Shown: positions 45,326 through 47,036 of the stretch, in pieces
Layout of the letters: every line of letters starts with the position of its first letter
How positions within the stretch are numbered: position 1 is the first letter of the stretch
NCBI GenBank assembly: GCA_017609985.1
Contig: JAFCCW010000008.1
Coordinates: 1-47,036 of the forward strand
DNA length: 47,036 nt
Direction of reading: 5' to 3'
Source: Candidatus Iainarchaeum sp.
GTDB lineage: Archaea > Iainarchaeota > Iainarchaeia > Iainarchaeales > JAFCCW01
The notes under the pieces: generated by a model
Database searches by the model: none
Told to the model about the DNA's origin: nothing
What the model saw: the letters and a program-made list of their open reading frames with translations, nothing else
Position numbers and translations under genes: made by a program

Positions 45326-45730
45326 ATGCGAAAAAAAATAATTATATCTTCCGGAAGCTTGAAAGTCTATGCTGAACTTTTTTCTGATAAAAGTCCTGAA
45401 ACTTTTAAGGAAATTGTTTCAGCTCTTCCTTTTTCTTCAGTTGCAAGCACTTGGGGCGACGAGATTTATTTTGAAATTCCTGTGAATCCTGTTAATTCTC
45501 AGGAAGAGAACTTAACTTCGAGTCTGGAAGTTGGTGACATTGCTTTCTGGCCACAGGGAAATTGCTTTTGCATTTTTTTTGGAAAAACCCCTGCTTCCTC
45601 CTCTGACAAACCAGCTCCTGCTTCTCCGGTTAACTTGGTTGGCACGATTTTAGAAATTGACTCATTGAAGATTAATTCTTTAAAAAAGGTTTCAAACAAT
45701 GACAAAATAACTGTTGAGGTGATTGAATAA
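45326..45730 (+). CDS. Cyclophilin-like fold protein (DUF369/TM1367 type)
   Basis: SPET...ALPF.S.ASTWGDEIYF, GDIAFWPQG..FCIFFG.TP, PASPVN.VG. True start ATG 45326. Confidence 0.9.
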   Translation: MRKKIIISSGSLKVYAELFSDKSPETFKEIVSALPFSSVASTWGDEIYFEIPVNPVNSQEENLTSSLEVGDIAFWPQGNCFCIFFGKTPASSSDKPAPASPVNLVGTILEIDSLKINSLKKVSNNDKITVEVIE

Positions 45731-46152
45731 TGCAGTCATTGGAAAAAAATGGATTAGTATTTATTAGAATGTTTCCTGGCGAGAACTTTTACACGTCTCT
45801 TGAAGAAGCATGCAAAAAGCATTCTGTTCAGTCCGCGGTTGTGCTTTCTTCTCTTGGTCAGCTTAAAGATTTCAAGCTCGGGTACTTTGTTGAAAAAGGA
45901 GACTATTCTCCTCAGGAATTCTCTGAACCACACGAACTGATTTCTGTTTCAGGAGTAATTCATGCACAGGATGAAAAGCATGAATTTCATCTTCATGCTG
46001 CTCTTGGAAACAGGGGCAAGCAGACTGTTTCAGGGCACTTGATTGAAGGAATTGTTGAAATAACAAATGAAACAGTTCTTTTGAAATCAGATGCTGTTCT
46101 TAACCGTAAAGAAGAAGAGGAAACAGGTTTACGCGGTTTGTTTCTTGACTAA
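45730..46152 (+). CDS. PPC/DUF296 domain protein
   Basis: R..PGE, S.LG.L, ELISVSG, HLHAALG, SGHL...V..TNE. Confidence 0.9.
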   Translation: MQSLEKNGLVFIRMFPGENFYTSLEEACKKHSVQSAVVLSSLGQLKDFKLGYFVEKGDYSPQEFSEPHELISVSGVIHAQDEKHEFHLHAALGNRGKQTVSGHLIEGIVEITNETVLLKSDAVLNRKEEEETGLRGLFLD

Positions 46153-47036
46153 ATTTGTTTTGCTCAGCCACAGTCCTGAATAAAACAGTCCAAGTGCAAG
46201 CAGTAGAGCAATAAAGTTTCCTGCTGGAAAGCCCCACCATATTCCTTCAAGTCCCATCTGAGTTGACAGGAAGGCAGCTGAAATAATAATAAATATCCAT
46301 CTTCCAAGATTTACTCCTAACTGAAGATCTGTTCTTCCGGCTCCCTGGAATGCTGCTCCAAGCACTAATTCTATTCCCATGAACAGGTAGCCCCACACAA
46401 CTATTCTAAGATAGCTTGACCCTGCAGTGATAACTCCAATGCTTTTTGTGAACACTGAAAAAATTGCTTCTGGAAAAACAAACCATATAATGCTGACTGC
46501 AAAAAGTATTGCTGAAATAATTCCTGCTGAATAGTAGGTTGCTTTTTTTGTTCTTTCAAGAGACCCTGCTCCGAGATTTTGCCCAACCACTGGGATTAGT
46601 GCAGAGGTAATTCCAAGAACAGGAAGAAGAACAAGTGTTTCAATTCTCATCGCAACTCCGAAGGAAGCTATTGCGACTGTTCCAAAACCGCCGACAAGCG
46701 CAGTCATCATAATCAATCCAATGCTGTTTACTCCCTGGCTAATTGAACTCGGAAAACCTATCTTGAAAATCTTTTTAACTATTCCAAAGTCAAGAGAAAA
46801 ATCTCTTGGTGCAAGTTTAATGCTTGTTTTTCCCCTGAACAAGTGAATTAACACAAGACCTGTTCCAATGCTTCTTGAAACAACTGTTGCTATTGCTGCA
46901 CCGCTTAGACCCATTCCAGGAATTAACCAGAATCCAAAAATAAGTATTGGGTCAAGAATTATGTTAATCCCTATTCCAATTCCCTGATAAATCGTTGGAG
47001 TCAATGCATCTCCGTCTGCCATGATTATTCCTCTTG
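46129..47036 (-). CDS. MATE family transporter (5' truncated)
   Basis: GD..TP, NIILDPILIFG, G..GAAIAT, IG.P, GQNLGAG, FQGAG, G..GIW. Frame is open to the window edge. Confidence 0.93.
   Translation of the reverse strand, partial: RGIIMADGDALTPTIYQGIGIGINIILDPILIFGFWLIPGMGLSGAAIATVVSRSIGTGLVLIHLFRGKTSIKLAPRDFSLDFGIVKKIFKIGFPSSISQGVNSIGLIMMTALVGGFGTVAIASFGVAMRIETLVLLPVLGITSALIPVVGQNLGAGSLERTKKATYYSAGIISAILFAVSIIWFVFPEAIFSVFTKSIGVITAGSSYLRIVVWGYLFMGIELVLGAAFQGAGRTDLQLGVNLGRWIFIIISAAFLSTQMGLEGIWWGFPAGNFIALLLALGLFYSGLWLSKTNLVKKQTA

Overview
AT-rich archaeal DNA in the standard genetic code. TATA/BRE-type promoters, GGTGA-type ribosome-binding sites and an archaeal tRNA-Pro without encoded CCA point to an archaeon; the gene content suggests a DPANN lineage such as Iainarchaeota/Diapherotrites (inference). 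In order, the window holds: Ig-like membrane-anchored surface proteins (1-6564); a divergent HTH-CBS regulator facing a sulfide-dependent homocysteine module (DUF39 sulfurtransferase, NIL-ferredoxin, UPF0280) followed by a bacterial-type metK; housekeeping and lipid genes; two giant Cys/Asp-rich surface proteins (15735-26281); a ~14 kb bacterial-style glycosylation cluster with two overlapping O-antigen-ligase-like genes and one frameshifted GT4; tRNA-Pro(CGG); pyrG; an ABC-2 exporter; an Lrp regulator; a cyclophilin-like gene; a PPC-domain gene; and a truncated MATE gene. The most unusual observations are (1) one CARDB domain apparently split between the two giant proteins, (2) a candidate stand-alone ~110 nt structured RNA with its own promoter and terminator at 44404-44518, (3) a structured three-way-junction element immediately 5' of tRNA-Pro, (4) a possible SAM-sensing HTH-CBS regulon with a shared 11-mer, and (5) two ligase genes joined tail-to-tail at a palindrome. 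All family assignments come from motif recognition by eye; no searches were run.
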